Shown one piece after another: positions 1 through 12,500 of a DNA stretch of 64,000 bases. The notes under the pieces are model-generated. The model saw nothing but the letters and a program-made list of their open reading frames with translations, was not told where the DNA came from and did not search any database. Location: contig MU058636.1 in assembly GCA_013265495.1 (NCBI GenBank), positions 5,863,741 to 5,927,740 of the forward strand, read 5' to 3'. The position numbers and the translations under genes are program-made. How positions within the stretch are numbered: the stretch's first letter is position 1; each line of letters starts with the position of its first letter. This DNA comes from Vicugna vicugna. Taxonomy: Eukaryota.

Positions 1-1708
1 ACATTATTTCAGAGACACTCCTGTTTTCAAATAATCGATAGATTTACCATAAGAAAAGAAATATGGATTTAGAAGGAAAACAATCTTCATATTAAAAATA
101 AAATAAAATCAGAACAAAATTTACTCTAGTGATGGAGGTCATTCAGTTAGCACATACTCTTGACTGGTGACAATTGGCTGCAGCGTCCCTCACCATAGAG
201 TGGACGCACAGCGCTTGAATTCTTGGATTTCCTTTTTGAAGCAATGCACAGTGTCAACACTACTGGGGCCAAGGGGCACCAGCCAAAGAACCGGCTGCCT
301 CCCCACTCAGCTTGAAAACTCCAGGCATGTTTAAGGAGGTGCCACTTTGCCTTTTTTGATTCAATGTCTCTGATATATCATGGCTATTATTTCTATTATA
401 ATTATCTTTATAAAAATTCAATTTAATATCCTAGGATAATTTTAAGAGTGTGTGCAAATTTAATATGGAAAGTACAAACCAACTATTACCTATTTTCCTG
501 GAGAATAAGATAATAAATGGATAAGGAGATAAGGAAATAGATAATAGATAAGAAACAATGGTAGGATTCTTGTGCTTTGACAGCATGGGCACTGGCGGCA
601 TCCTGCTTAGCACACAGGCCCAGTATAGAACTCTGTGTGTGTGTGCAGTGGGGATTACCATCCTCTAGGAAGAGACCCTCAACCAACAGGGATGGGAGCC
701 TAGGAGAAATCACTGTTCAAGATTTTCTCCAGCTTACCACTTAATTTTATTTCTAAAGCACAGAGAAGGATCTGCCTATTGATCCTGCTTCAAATGAGGG
801 ATGATAAGGAATGCTATATTAGAGTTGTAATTACCAATTATAATTGATCACTGCCAATCAGAGAACAAATGATAAGAAAAAGGGCCAGAACACTTACTCA
901 GTTTTAAATAGAGGCTAGGGTACCAGCAAAATTTTCTGGGCATGCCCTCTGAGAAGGAAGGTCCAGATCTGCTCAGGCATATGAAAAAAAAATGCACAAG
1001 CATGGGGGTGAAGCCAAAGTTATAATTTTTTTTACTATTGTTTTGAATAGAGAATAAAGAAGTAAAACTACACATATATCCTTAAGTAATCTCTTAGCCT
1101 TTTGAGATCATTAAATCTCTGCCTCAGTACTTCTCTTTAAAGAACCAAAATTAGATCCAGTCTTGAGAAGGACCTTACTCCTGATTCTAGCAAGGACTGA
1201 TTATAAGTTTGCCTCAGAGGGATGCATTGGGATGAACTGCCAAGGGTTGGAGCAGAAGAGCCCAGGACTTTTGGACAGTTTGGTTGGTTCTTCCTAGTCC
1301 TCAGTTACAGGTACAAGATGGAAGATACCTCATTTTTGTTCAGATGACTTCAGTGCAGATTTAACCTTCATGTGTTCTTACTATTTCTGTATTATGCCCC
1401 TCATCCTGCATCACTGTGAATGTCTTTTCTCAACAAAATGTAACCACTATTTATTGCGTGCCTTCTATATGTTAGGTGTTTACATTATCTCCTTTAATCT
1501 CCAAGTAAGCCAGGCAAATCAGGTTTCATTAACCCTGTTTTGAACCGAGGAACCTGAGTCATTAAATGATTGGCACTGTGGTTTGCTGGCCACTGTTATA
1601 TATTCATACCTTTTTCTCTGAATACTTCTTTATATTCTGGCTCTCCTCTGAGGATCCTACTTCCTCTGCAGCCATCTCTAACATCCTATATATTCAAGCA
1701 TCTGGAGT

Positions 1709-1897
1709 GGGATTGCCAGATAAAATACAGAAGATCAATTAGATTTTAATTTCAGGTAAACAGTGAGTATTTTTGTATAAGTATGCCCATGCAATATTAC
1801 TGCAAATATTGCATGGGCATAATTACACTAAAAGGTTATCTGAAATTCAAATTTAACTGGGCCTTCTGTATTTTCATTTGTGAAATCTGGGAACTTC
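1709..1897. mobile_element. MER53-like palindromic hAT MITE
   Basis: gggattgccagataaaatacag ... tatctgaaattcaaatttaactggg..ctgtatttt..aatctgggaac; internally palindromic, ~190 bp. Confidence 0.8.
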
Positions 1898-2199
1898 AGA
1901 TAAGTGTCTTTCCTGTGCACTGCTGTCCCCTCCACACCATTTCTCCTTCTTTGGAACCTGGCAACTTTGAAACACGTCTTCAGACTCCACTTTCTACTAC
2001 CCCTCCTTGTTGCAGTTGTCTGCCATGCTTACTGTCACTCACGTAAAATCACTGATTGTTTTGGCACCTGTAATTACTCCTGTCAGTAATAATTTCCATT
2101 GTTATTTTTCATGATTCTCATATCCACATAGATGACACTTCAATAACCTTGCTTATGATTTCCTTTACCTTCTAATTTCAAACATCCTAATTCAGCAGG

Positions 2200-2400
2200 G
2201 GAGGAGCATAGCAATTGTGGAGAGTGTTGCAGTATTAAACAGGATGGTCAGGGAAGCCTCAGCTGAGGAGATGACTCAGAGCAAACACCTTGAAGGAAGT
2301 GAGGGACCCAGCTCTGTTGACACTTGGACAATAGTGGTTCAGGAAGAGGAAATAGTAAGTGCAAAGGCCTTGAGGTGAGAGTCTCCCAGACCATTTCAGA
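2200..2400 (+). mobile_element. L2 LINE fragment
   Basis: ggtcagggaagcctc..gaggagatgac..gcaaacaccttgaagga..aagtgcaaaggccttgagg, an L2 3' motif. Confidence 0.65.
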
Positions 2401-3129
2401 AAGTTTCTTTAGAACAGGGGTTGTATCTTATACTCGGCGGTATTATTAACTGTGCCCAGTAATTTCTTGCCCACAGGAATAATTCAGTTAATATGATGAT
2501 TCATGGGAGTATAATAAATTCTTGTGTAATAAGTGAATGAGTGGGCACCTCGAGGGAAGGTTATTAAATATATTTGGAAATAAATTCCAGTCCTGTAACA
2601 ATATTTAGTGTTCTGAACAATATGTCAAATAAAAGCACAAGTTAAATAAGGAAATAGTGTTATGTACACCTAGAAAAGTGCATTTGAGAGGTGCAGTTTG
2701 AGGGGCCCCATCTCTATTGTTTTTCACGATCTTTAGCTTCCTTTGCTTTCAATTCAGTAAGAATCTTGTGGAATGGAGGAAAGGAAAGAGTGAAGATTAG
2801 ATCTTAACTTCAGCAATTTACTCAATAAAGCTTCTTTGGGTGCCTATCAAGTGAAAAAAATCCCCAAGCTAGATATATTCTAGTGCAAGAGCGGATATCC
2901 ATATAGTAAATATTTTGTAGGCTTCTGTAGAACGAACGAATGGATGAATTAATGAAGGAAAGAACGAAATGAATTCAGGAGGGTGACTTTTTTTAAGTAT
3001 CCAGATTTGACGCCTAGAGTATCAGAGCCAAATTTTCCACTTTGCCTAATAATTCCTGGACTATGATGGAGGGTGAGAACAAAGAGAAAAATGAGTAAAT
3101 TAAACAATAAACATTATTGAACAGGTACT

Positions 3130-3560
3130 ACCGATGCCGCGGCTAATTCTGTCTGCATTGGGTTTCCGTAGCCTTTCCGTCCCTAAAACGCTTACGCGAT
3201 CTCGCCGAGACATCGCGAGATTTGCAGCCCGCGGGAAAACTGGTCTCTGCATCGGGCCGGAGGACGCGCGCGCGCTCGCGGGTCGTTCAAGTGTCGGACC
3301 CTGTGAACAGGGCTGGCATGAGCCTCTGGGTGGACAAATATCGGCCCTGCTCCTTGGGACAGCTTGATTATCATAAGGAGCAGGCGGCTCAGCTGCGCAA
3401 CCTGGTGAGTTGGCGGGACGCGGCGGGGAAAGCCGGCGGAGGAGAGGCCGGCGGCTCGGGGGTTTCGCGCCCCTCAGGAGTGGAGCGTCGCCCTTGCTTC
3501 AGAAGGCGGTGAATGCAGTGGAGAAAAGTAAAACAGGGAAGGGGGAAAGAGTGTCGGGGC
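3130..3560. promoter_or_regulatory. CpG-island promoter of RFC3 with E2F-type sites
   Basis: The only CpG-dense segment in the window. E2F-like GCGGGAAAA at 3231-3239, TTGGCGGGA at 3410-3418 and TTTCGCGC at 3463-3470; TCGCGAGA at 3213-3220. Confidence 0.85.
3318..3404 (+). CDS. RFC3: RFC3 coding exon 1
   Basis: ATG at 3318 (ggcATGa); encodes [29 protein letters not shown]; donor gtgagt at 3405. Confidence 0.98.
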
Positions 3561-6500
3561 GGGGGCTATGCTTGTAAACAAAAAAATTCTCCCCGAGGGT
3601 CGTCATCTGAGCCAAGGCTTGCAGGAAGTGGGAAAGCCCTCAATACAGAACTCTGGGGGAAGAGTGGAGCAGGGAGAGGGAACAGCAAGTGCAAAATCCC
3701 TGAGGCAGGAGTGTGCACAGCCTGTTACTCAGGAAGGCCAGTGCCGCTGGGTAATTGTTGGCCGGCGAGAAGAGTAGTAGTAAATGGGGGAGTGTACTGG
3801 GGGGAGGTGCAGATACAGTAAATTTTTACAGAGGTGGAAAGCCATTGGAGGTTTTGAGCAGAGAAGTGACATCATCCGATTTACTTTTTAATAGGCTTAC
3901 TTAAAATTCCTGAATGTCATTGTCTTCATTTACAAAAAAGAAGGTATTGGGTCTGTTAATTCCTAAAGTCATTTATAATTATAAAATTCGGTGGTATTAG
4001 GTTGTCCTTGAGTTTAATTTCCTTAATAGAAGATTTTTCTTTTCCCTGCCCTGACGCCTGTTTTTATGTTGTAGTTGATAAATGTGTCTAATGTCAGTGC
4101 TTAGTGAAAAGCAAACTGAATTTTGTAGAGAATGGAGGGTGAAGAGGAGTCTTGAGTAGAAAAGTCTAGCGTCTGCAGAAACCTTTTATCTACTCCTTTT
4201 AAGGGCCTAAAGTTCCATGTGCTGATGAAAGTGTTTTTGCTCAGCACTCTGGTCTTCCCATCCCCATCTTTTTCAGAATTACATGTACTATTTGTAAAGT
4301 ATTTTTTTAAAATAAGAAATAATAAATAAAGGAATTCTATCCTTATATATGAAAGACAATAGAAAAGTTTGTAGTATTATGAGAGTGAAAGTTTTTTTTT
4401 AAGTTCTGTTCTTTAATTATTGGTATTCCATCTATACTTATTTTATCCTTTCCCATTTCCCTTTTGGTAACCGTAAGTTTGTCTCTTTTTTCTTCTTTTT
4501 TGACATTGGATACATTTTTATTGAGCCTTTTAGTTTACAACATGAGGTAAAAGGAAAATCAGTTCTCTTTAGCCAATATTTTACACAGCTGTAGTAAAAT
4601 ATTTTAAACTGCAGGGATTTATTAACACATTACATTTCTTAAAAGTTGGGGATCAAGTAAACAAGTTCTAACTTACTGAATTTTCCAGTTGACTCTTCCC
4701 TTTAAGAGTAACCAGCTCTAATTAGATACATACATTTCCTTCAAGATTATGTTTTATTGTTGCTGGTGTCTTTAGATCTGAAGCATTACTATTTCAGTCA
4801 ATATCCACTAATTCCACTTCAAAAATAAATTTTGCATTTTGTGGAATTTTGGCATCAGGCTGTCCTTTATTTCCATAAGCCCATTCTGGCTCGATCTCCA
4901 GTCGAGTCTTTTCTCCTTTATTCATAGTCAGGAGTGCTTCATCCCATCCGCTGATAGCTTTGCCTATTCCAGCCTTAAAACTCAAAGGCGTGGCATTTTT
5001 CTTCTTTGAACTGGTTTGAATATTAGTATCACGAACAGTCCCGTCCTGTATTGTTTCTGTATACCAGCAGTGAACAACGTCTCCCTTTTTAGGAAATTTG
5101 ATTTTATGTCCTTTTTTAAAAATAGGTTTTGTGTATTTTGGTGAACCCTCATCCAGAGTCTCTTTAGACTTGGTTTCTTTGGGTTTATCTTCATTAAGCT
5201 TCACATTTTTCACCTACTCAGACACTTTTTATACTTTCAGTACCCTTGAAACGCTTACTTTCAAAAAGTTGGTTATAGGCTGTAACCAAATGGTCCTTGT
5301 TAGCTGTCTTGGCCACATTTTTAATGTTTCCTAGTAATTTATGTTCTGCAAGAAACAAATCTGAACCAGGATCCTGCAGAAACTTGAGAATGTCCTTCTG
5401 GGGTAGCTGCTCGCTGCGCAGCTGCTCCATGGTCCAGGCCTGCTGCGGAACTGCTGCCTATATCTTCCCCCGCTGCCTCTGCTCTCCTCCACAAGTTTGT
5501 TTTCTATGTCTGTCTATACTAATTTTAAATAAATCTACTATAGGCTGTATACTTAATTTATAGACAAATTAAATTTTCTTACAATAGCTTTGACTTTGAT
5601 TTTCTTAACTATAGGATATATTTTATTTTCTATGCCAGTTTTTTATTATATAGAATTTGGAATAAATATTTGGACAGAAATGTAACATATTAGTCTTGTG
5701 TTACTAGATTTGCTTTTCAAAGATGTTCACATGTTTACTGTTGAATGTACAGCTTAATAAAATTGTGAAACATTTGCAACATAACCTTTATTTTTGATGA
5801 GATTAAATCTTTAAAAAATGAAGGCTGGATTTGTGGAACACCTACTCTTTTCCATGCACTGTATTAGGTGAATAGTCCTTTCCTTGAGATTTTTTTTTCA
5901 GTACCAGAGATAGATGTGTTTACAAAATATAAAAATTCACTGTAATACGTACTTCCATTAAGATACTTATCTTCATTTTTTCTCTAATGGTTATTTATTA
6001 AACTTTTGCCCCACAAGATTTTGTGCACCTGAGGCTAAGGTCTGTGTTCTTTTCATCTTTATAGCCTTCATAGTATTGATCCCCAGACCTGACTGACTGA
6101 TCAGGATCATCTGGGAACCTTTTTGAAAATACACAATCTTTGTTCTGTAACGCAGCACTGTCAGTATCCTACTCCATCCCCTTGCTCTAAACTTGTAAGT
6201 GTACGCAGACTGACTCCCACCTCTTGCATTGGTTCCTGAAGGCTTTCTCTTACACCTCTAAGCAGACTTGAAATGCCTGGGAACTAATGCCCTCCCCTTC
6301 CTGCTATTCACTTTCCCAAGCAGACAAAAGATTGATGAGAGACAGTATCATATGCTAGCTTCCCCACTGCTTGGATGGGTTAATACTGTGGTATATTTTT
6401 ATACTGGCTTCAAAAGTTCCCCAGCAAGATCAAGCCCCAGATGCCAGAGTGGTATTTAAGTTGATAATACTCTTGTTGGCTACCTTTTTCCCCCTTTTTA

Positions 6501-9500
6501 CTTTCCTGCTCCCCTGCAAAATTTTCCTTTACCTCCCAAATAAAACCAAATGCACTCATTTCTTATCAAAGTTTGTAGAAGCCCAAACTAAGACAGGCAT
6601 CAGTCTCAGTTACTGAATTATAATTTTGTGGATGGGGTCCAGTAATCAGTCTTTTATTTTAAAAAGGTCTCTAAAATTTTCTAACAGTCAGCCGATTTTG
6701 AGATTTCTTGCTTTCTAGCATATAGTGTTTTATCTTGTATGTACTGTGCTAGATATATAAGTTATATGACATTAGTTCCAGGGGAATAGTCAACATTTCA
6801 GAGTTAATAAAAAAATCTGTCTCTGTATACATTCATAAACACACAACACACACACATACATACATATATACATTTGAAGCTTCATAGGTAGAGACACAAA
6901 ATACTTGATACTTAAAAGGTAGTTTACTTCTGCCTGGAGCAGTAGTTTGGCTAAGGAATATGCCTCGTTCTTTTTTTCCCAGGTGCAATGTGGTGACTTT
7001 CCTCATCTGCTAGTGTATGGACCATCAGGTGCTGGAAAAAAGACAAGAATTATGTGTATTCTACGTGAACTTTACGGTGTTGGCGTGGAAAAGTTGAGAA
7101 TTGAGCATCAGACCATCACAGTAAGCATTTCACTTTGAGGCCCTCCAAATATTGATTGCAGGGATTTTTGATCCTCATCATATAGGTCTCATTGCTGCCC
7201 AGTGTGTGATTTAAGTAAAGTTTCACAGGTAATCCTGGTGTATAGGATTGAGAGCTGCTGATTTATAGACATAACTATTATAACCAGACCAAAGTCAGTT
7301 ATTTTAGAGAGGAAATACGATGAACAAGAGATTTTAGGTAAAATATAGATAGTGAGATTCATTTTAGATTCAAATCAGCATTTCAGCTGGAACTAGAACT
7401 CAAGTTTCTCAAGTTCATTTTTCTGTGAGCAATAGTGGGTATTGGAAGAAAGGGAATGAGTCTGAGAAAAATTTTAAACATGGAATCAGGCAACTTTGTC
7501 AAGATTGGGCAGCTAGCTGACTGGGAAAGGAGGCATGGGGCTCTTGGCCTGGCTGAGTTTTCCAGCCTTATGCCATGCAATGCATATTCATACTCTTTCC
7601 TTATAGACAATGTTTAAGACCCAGCTGAAATGTATCCTCTTGGAAGTGCTTCCCAGCCCCATTATAATTAATTTTTCCTTTTACAACCCATAGTTTGTAC
7701 ATTTGAGAGCATTTTACTTTGTTTTCCCTTGGTTATAATTATTTATACATCTTTTACTTTGAAAACATTGTATTTGTTTTGAAGTTATACAGGGTAAATT
7801 TTAAAGTTTTACTTGATATGCAATATTATATTAATAGTTTCAGGTATATTGCATAGTGATTTGATATTTTTATGCATTATGGAATAGTCACCACAATAAA
7901 TACAGTTGCTATCATTTTCATATCCTTCATAGCCCCTGGCATACTGTCTTGTACATACTAGGCACTGAAAAAAATGTATGCTGAGTGACTGGACAGTGTG
8001 TAATGCTATTAATAGAATCTTTAGAAAGATAAATGGTTTGTAGGCTCATGTGGATTAGCTTGTGTTTAGACACATTGAGTTTGAGATGCTGAAGGTATAT
8101 CTTGGTGGAGATCCTTATAAAATATGCAGGGACAAATTTAGTAAGAAAGATAGTAAGAAAACTGTTATCTTCTAAAAGGACAAAACAAGAGCCAATCAAA
8201 TGAAAAAGATGCATTATGTTCTCAGTAGTACTTTAAAGTATCTGTTCTTCTCATGTTACAGTATAAATTTTAGTGAAATTCCAATTAAAATCTAACTTTT
8301 TAAAAATTATATGAATTGATCTTAAAATACATATGGAAGGATACATTTCTGAGGCTAGCTAAAATAATTATGAAAAAGAAGATTTGTGAAGGGGACTTGT
8401 GTTACCAGATATTAAACCATATTGTAAGGCTACTATAATCAAAACAATATTGTAACGGTATGGGGATAGAGAGGTAGATCAGTGGAACTGAATAGAGAGC
8501 CCAGAAATATGATAGAAGATCTATTACAAATCAGTAGGAAAAGGATTAGTTAGCGAAGTGTGCTAGCATAACTAGTTATCAACCCAGAAGAAAAAAGATG
8601 TTGAATACCTGAGACTCATAATTTATAAACTCCTGATCAGTTACAGACTGAAATGGTAAAATGAAACACTAAATTTCTTAGAATAAAATTTCTGAAACTA
8701 TATGAACAGTCAGGAACACCTTTTAATAAAAAACATGGAACTATAGAAGAAAAAAGTATATATATGAATTTTAAAAGTTTCTATAAGATAATGTACATAA
8801 AATCTATAGAAAAATGAAAGATTGTAAAATATTTTAAAGGAATGTGTCAGATAAAGGATTTTACAAAATGACAATGGAAAGACAATCAGGTCTGAATAAA
8901 AAATGGTCACAGGAAAGAAAGATAAATAGCCAATAAAAATATATAAAGATCTTTGACCTTTGTGATAGTCGAGGAAAAACTGTGAGTCTATTATATAGTC
9001 ATCATATTGGCAAAAATTGAAAGCATGATGAAACCTACTACAGATGAGGAATGTTGGGAAAGAGTATTTGTTGCCAGTTGAAAAGTAAACTGAGGTTTTT
9101 TTGGAAAGTGGCTGGTTACACATAAACATATACACACCTATAGAAAAATATTGTTTTCAATTCAGTGAATCTTTTATTGAGAATCTGCTACATAGAAATG
9201 AAAGCAGTACATGAGATGTACATACAAGGATGTTAATTTTGGAATTGACATGGTAAAAAGCAAAAAACGAATGCCCATCTGTGACTTGCTTTGGGACATC
9301 TATGTTATAGATTGGTAGGCAACTGTAACACCCTATACCAGTTGTCTGAGGGGAATTGCCTAGATGTTGTTAAGCAGGAAAAGCACAACACAGAGAAGTA
9401 TATATAATTGCCTCTTAAGAAAAATTTTAACAAGTAATGCTGACACACTCCATATAATTACATATTAGTCTATATTTGTTTTTGTGTGTTAACATGGAAA

Positions 9501-12500
9501 AGACTGTGAAAGGACACATGCAGATTATTTACTGTGATGATCTGCCGATAACTGGGAATGGTTTAAAAATTTCTGGAAAGTAAAGGAAAAAAGTGATCAC
9601 ACTAAAAACAGGATGTGTGATATGACCCAATTTATATAAAAACATGTTTATTTGCACATTAAGAATGGCTAATGAAGTGGAAACACTAGTGGTAGTTATC
9701 TAAAGTTTTATTTTTTAGTAAGCAAAAAGTGTTTATATAATGAAAAAATAAAATACAAATAAGAGGAGAAATAGCTAATGAACATTAAAAAAATCTATAT
9801 TCTTCATCCACAGACTCCATCTAAAAAGAAAATTGAAATTAGCACTATTGCAAGCAATTACCATCTTGAAGTTAATCCCAGGTAAGTTACTACTACACAG
9901 AAATAAGCATCTTTAGAATAGTGTTGTTCAAGCTTTTTCATTTTTTAAGAGTATAATGCTTTTTTGAAAAAAAATCATGTATGGAAACACAATATATAAA
10001 ATAGATAAAAGTGAAGCTGCCCTGTGTGAAACAGAGCCTCGAGCCTTCCCATTTTCCCTTCTCTCTGAGACCCCTGTGAAATAATTTTAATAATTAAATT
10101 TTCTTGCTCTACAGAGCTCAGTGTTTTACACAGTACTTTGTATAGTCAGTAAGTTTTTGTTGATTTATATTGACTCATTTAGAACTGGTTAGCAGTGTGT
10201 CTAAAAGGTTTATAAATTTCTAGAATGAATATTTCAGAAAGTGAATTTGCAATACTGGGTCCTCTTTTTTTCATTTCAGTTTTTTGATTAGCAGGTATAA
10301 TAATCCATCAGCCACTGTCTGTATTATCTATCATGAGATAATAAGATTAGGATCTTGGTAGGCGGCACATTGAAAACTCATGCCACAGCAGTTAAGTTCT
10401 GCTTAAGTAAATGATGTGGAAATAATTGCATTGAGAGCAAGTGGGCTAAACCTTCAGGGTTCTCTGGGGTCTGATATGTTCTTGAAGGAGAACAGAATCA
10501 AGGACATCTTCAGGAAGAGGCAGCTTTATGGGCAGTGATACAGAGACGTGATTGAACATCCATTTCAAGACTGAATGGAGAAGAGGAATAATGTTATAAG
10601 CTAACATGTATTATGTAGGAGGCTCTGTGTGAGAAGCTTTACATGGTTTATTTAGTCCTCAAAACAACCCTAACAGACTGATACTGTTGTTTTTCCTAGG
10701 TATGCCAAAGAAAACTTAAGAAATGAGATTGGTGGGAAAGGGTCTAATCATAAAAGTAGAGAGTGGTAAATCCTTAGACAAAAGCGGATTGTTTTGGATT
10801 CTTGACTAGGAAATGATCATAAAAGAAACACTGTAGGTATATCGATCTAATAATAGTGAATTGAAAAAAGACTTGATGGCTACTTGAGAAAATAAACTAA
10901 AGCTGATTGCTTTGCCCACTTTTTCTCATTGTGAGTTCCTCTGTAGTAAGAATAGTCAGTTAGAGATTAAGCTGTTTGTTTTTCAGGTGTTTGAAAGTGA
11001 CATTCAGCCTAAATTAACTAGGTGACTAATTTTGGCTTGTGAGGTGCATGACTTAAGTGCTAAAGCAATGATATTGGTATAAATGGCAGATAATGCCTAC
11101 AAGTCAACATCTTACTGTCTTGGGTACAGAAGTGTCAGAGTATTTGATAAATTGTTCATTGTTAGCTATTGCTTTTTTTAAGTAACAGTAAACTTAATAT
11201 AAAAACATGTTTGGTGTTTTCAGTTATATTAATCAAATTGTAGTTCAGTATTGAAATATTGTTAGTAGTTTTAATGACCCTACAACACTTCACATTTAAA
11301 GTTTTGTGACTGTAATAGGCATTACTAAGTTTGATTAAAATTTTAACCACTTAAGATTTTCAACATTTTTCTTGCAATAACAGACTAAGAATAAGGGCCT
11401 AATACTCTCTAAATATTTACATATATATTTACCGCTATTTTTGTTTTGTGTAGTGATGCTGGAAATAGTGACCGGGTGGTAATTCAGGAGATGTTGAAAA
11501 CAGTGGCACAATCACAGCAACTCGAAACAAACTCTCAAAAAGATTTTAAAGGTATGTGATAAAAAGATTTTTAAAAAATTTTTATGAGACCGACACTTAA
11601 ATTGTAAGCAGCGGGTATAAAAGAAAAACGTAGTGGGTAATGTAAATTCTATCCATTTAGCAAATTTATTAACCTCTTGTTCTGTGCTGTGCACTATGCT
11701 ATATATATGTATATTTTTTCAATACGAAAGTGAACAAGAGAGACGTGATCTCTGTGCTTGTGGGAGTTTATAGTCTAACAGAATTGAATTTTAGTAGAAA
11801 AAACTATCTGTGCCACCCATTTGTTATTTTAGAACTAGATGAGTGATGAAAAAACACTTAATTTAAAATAAGAAATTGAATGATTTAAAAATAACGGTTC
11901 TTAGAACCAAAGTAGTATTTTCATTATTAAATATTTAGCCAAACAAAAGATAATTAAAATCAGCTATAATCCCACCATCCAGACACAGTTACTGTTAACA
12001 TTTCCAGTATTATTTATGTGCATATATATACATACATTTTTACAAGAGATTTTTTGATAAATATGCCAATATATGATGCTTTTGATATATTTTGTCAAAT
12101 TATTCTTTGGAAAGAGGATTCAGATTTGTGCTACCACCAGCAGTGTTGAGGAGTGCCGGTTTTTCCCTAACATTTATCAATAGTGGATAATTATTTTTAA
12201 TCCTTGTAGGTTTGAGTGGAGAAAGTAAATTGTGCCTTTTCTTTAGTGAATGTGATAATTTTATCTTTTGCTCATTGTTCATTTTACTGTTTTGTGAATT
12301 ATCTGTGCATATTCTGGCCTATTTCTTAACTTTTCCTCAGTCTCTATATGTCAAAGTAAATTAAAAAAAAATTTTTTTTTCAAATACTCTTTTACATCCA
12401 TGAATGTGGTTTTATGATTTTTCTTCCTGGTTCTTAGTATTATATTACTGAATCTTCTGATGAAACTGCTTTTACATTTTTGGAGTAAACCTCATTTGGT

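Noticed and set aside
3134..3512. Overlapping ORFs 3134-3367, 3222-3512 (apparent N-terminal extension of RFC3) and 3192-3374
   Set aside because: GC-rich CpG-island sequence lacks stops by chance. The conserved RFC3 N-terminus begins at ATG 3318, and the ORF tail is read-through into intron 1.
4534..4546. Possible micro-exon (ttttag..gag|gtaaaa) created by the antisense retrocopy tail
   Set aside because: Only 13 nt, frame-shifting, with a weak donor; there is no evidence beyond chance dinucleotides.
7016..7045. Atypical Walker A (GKKT), and TEVD Walker B in exon 5
   Set aside because: These are normal, known features of the RFC3/yeast Rfc5 subunit, not lesions.
8710..9135. 141-aa hydrophobic ORF on the minus strand
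   Set aside because: Antisense frame of an A-rich decayed L1; the F/I/Y richness is compositional.
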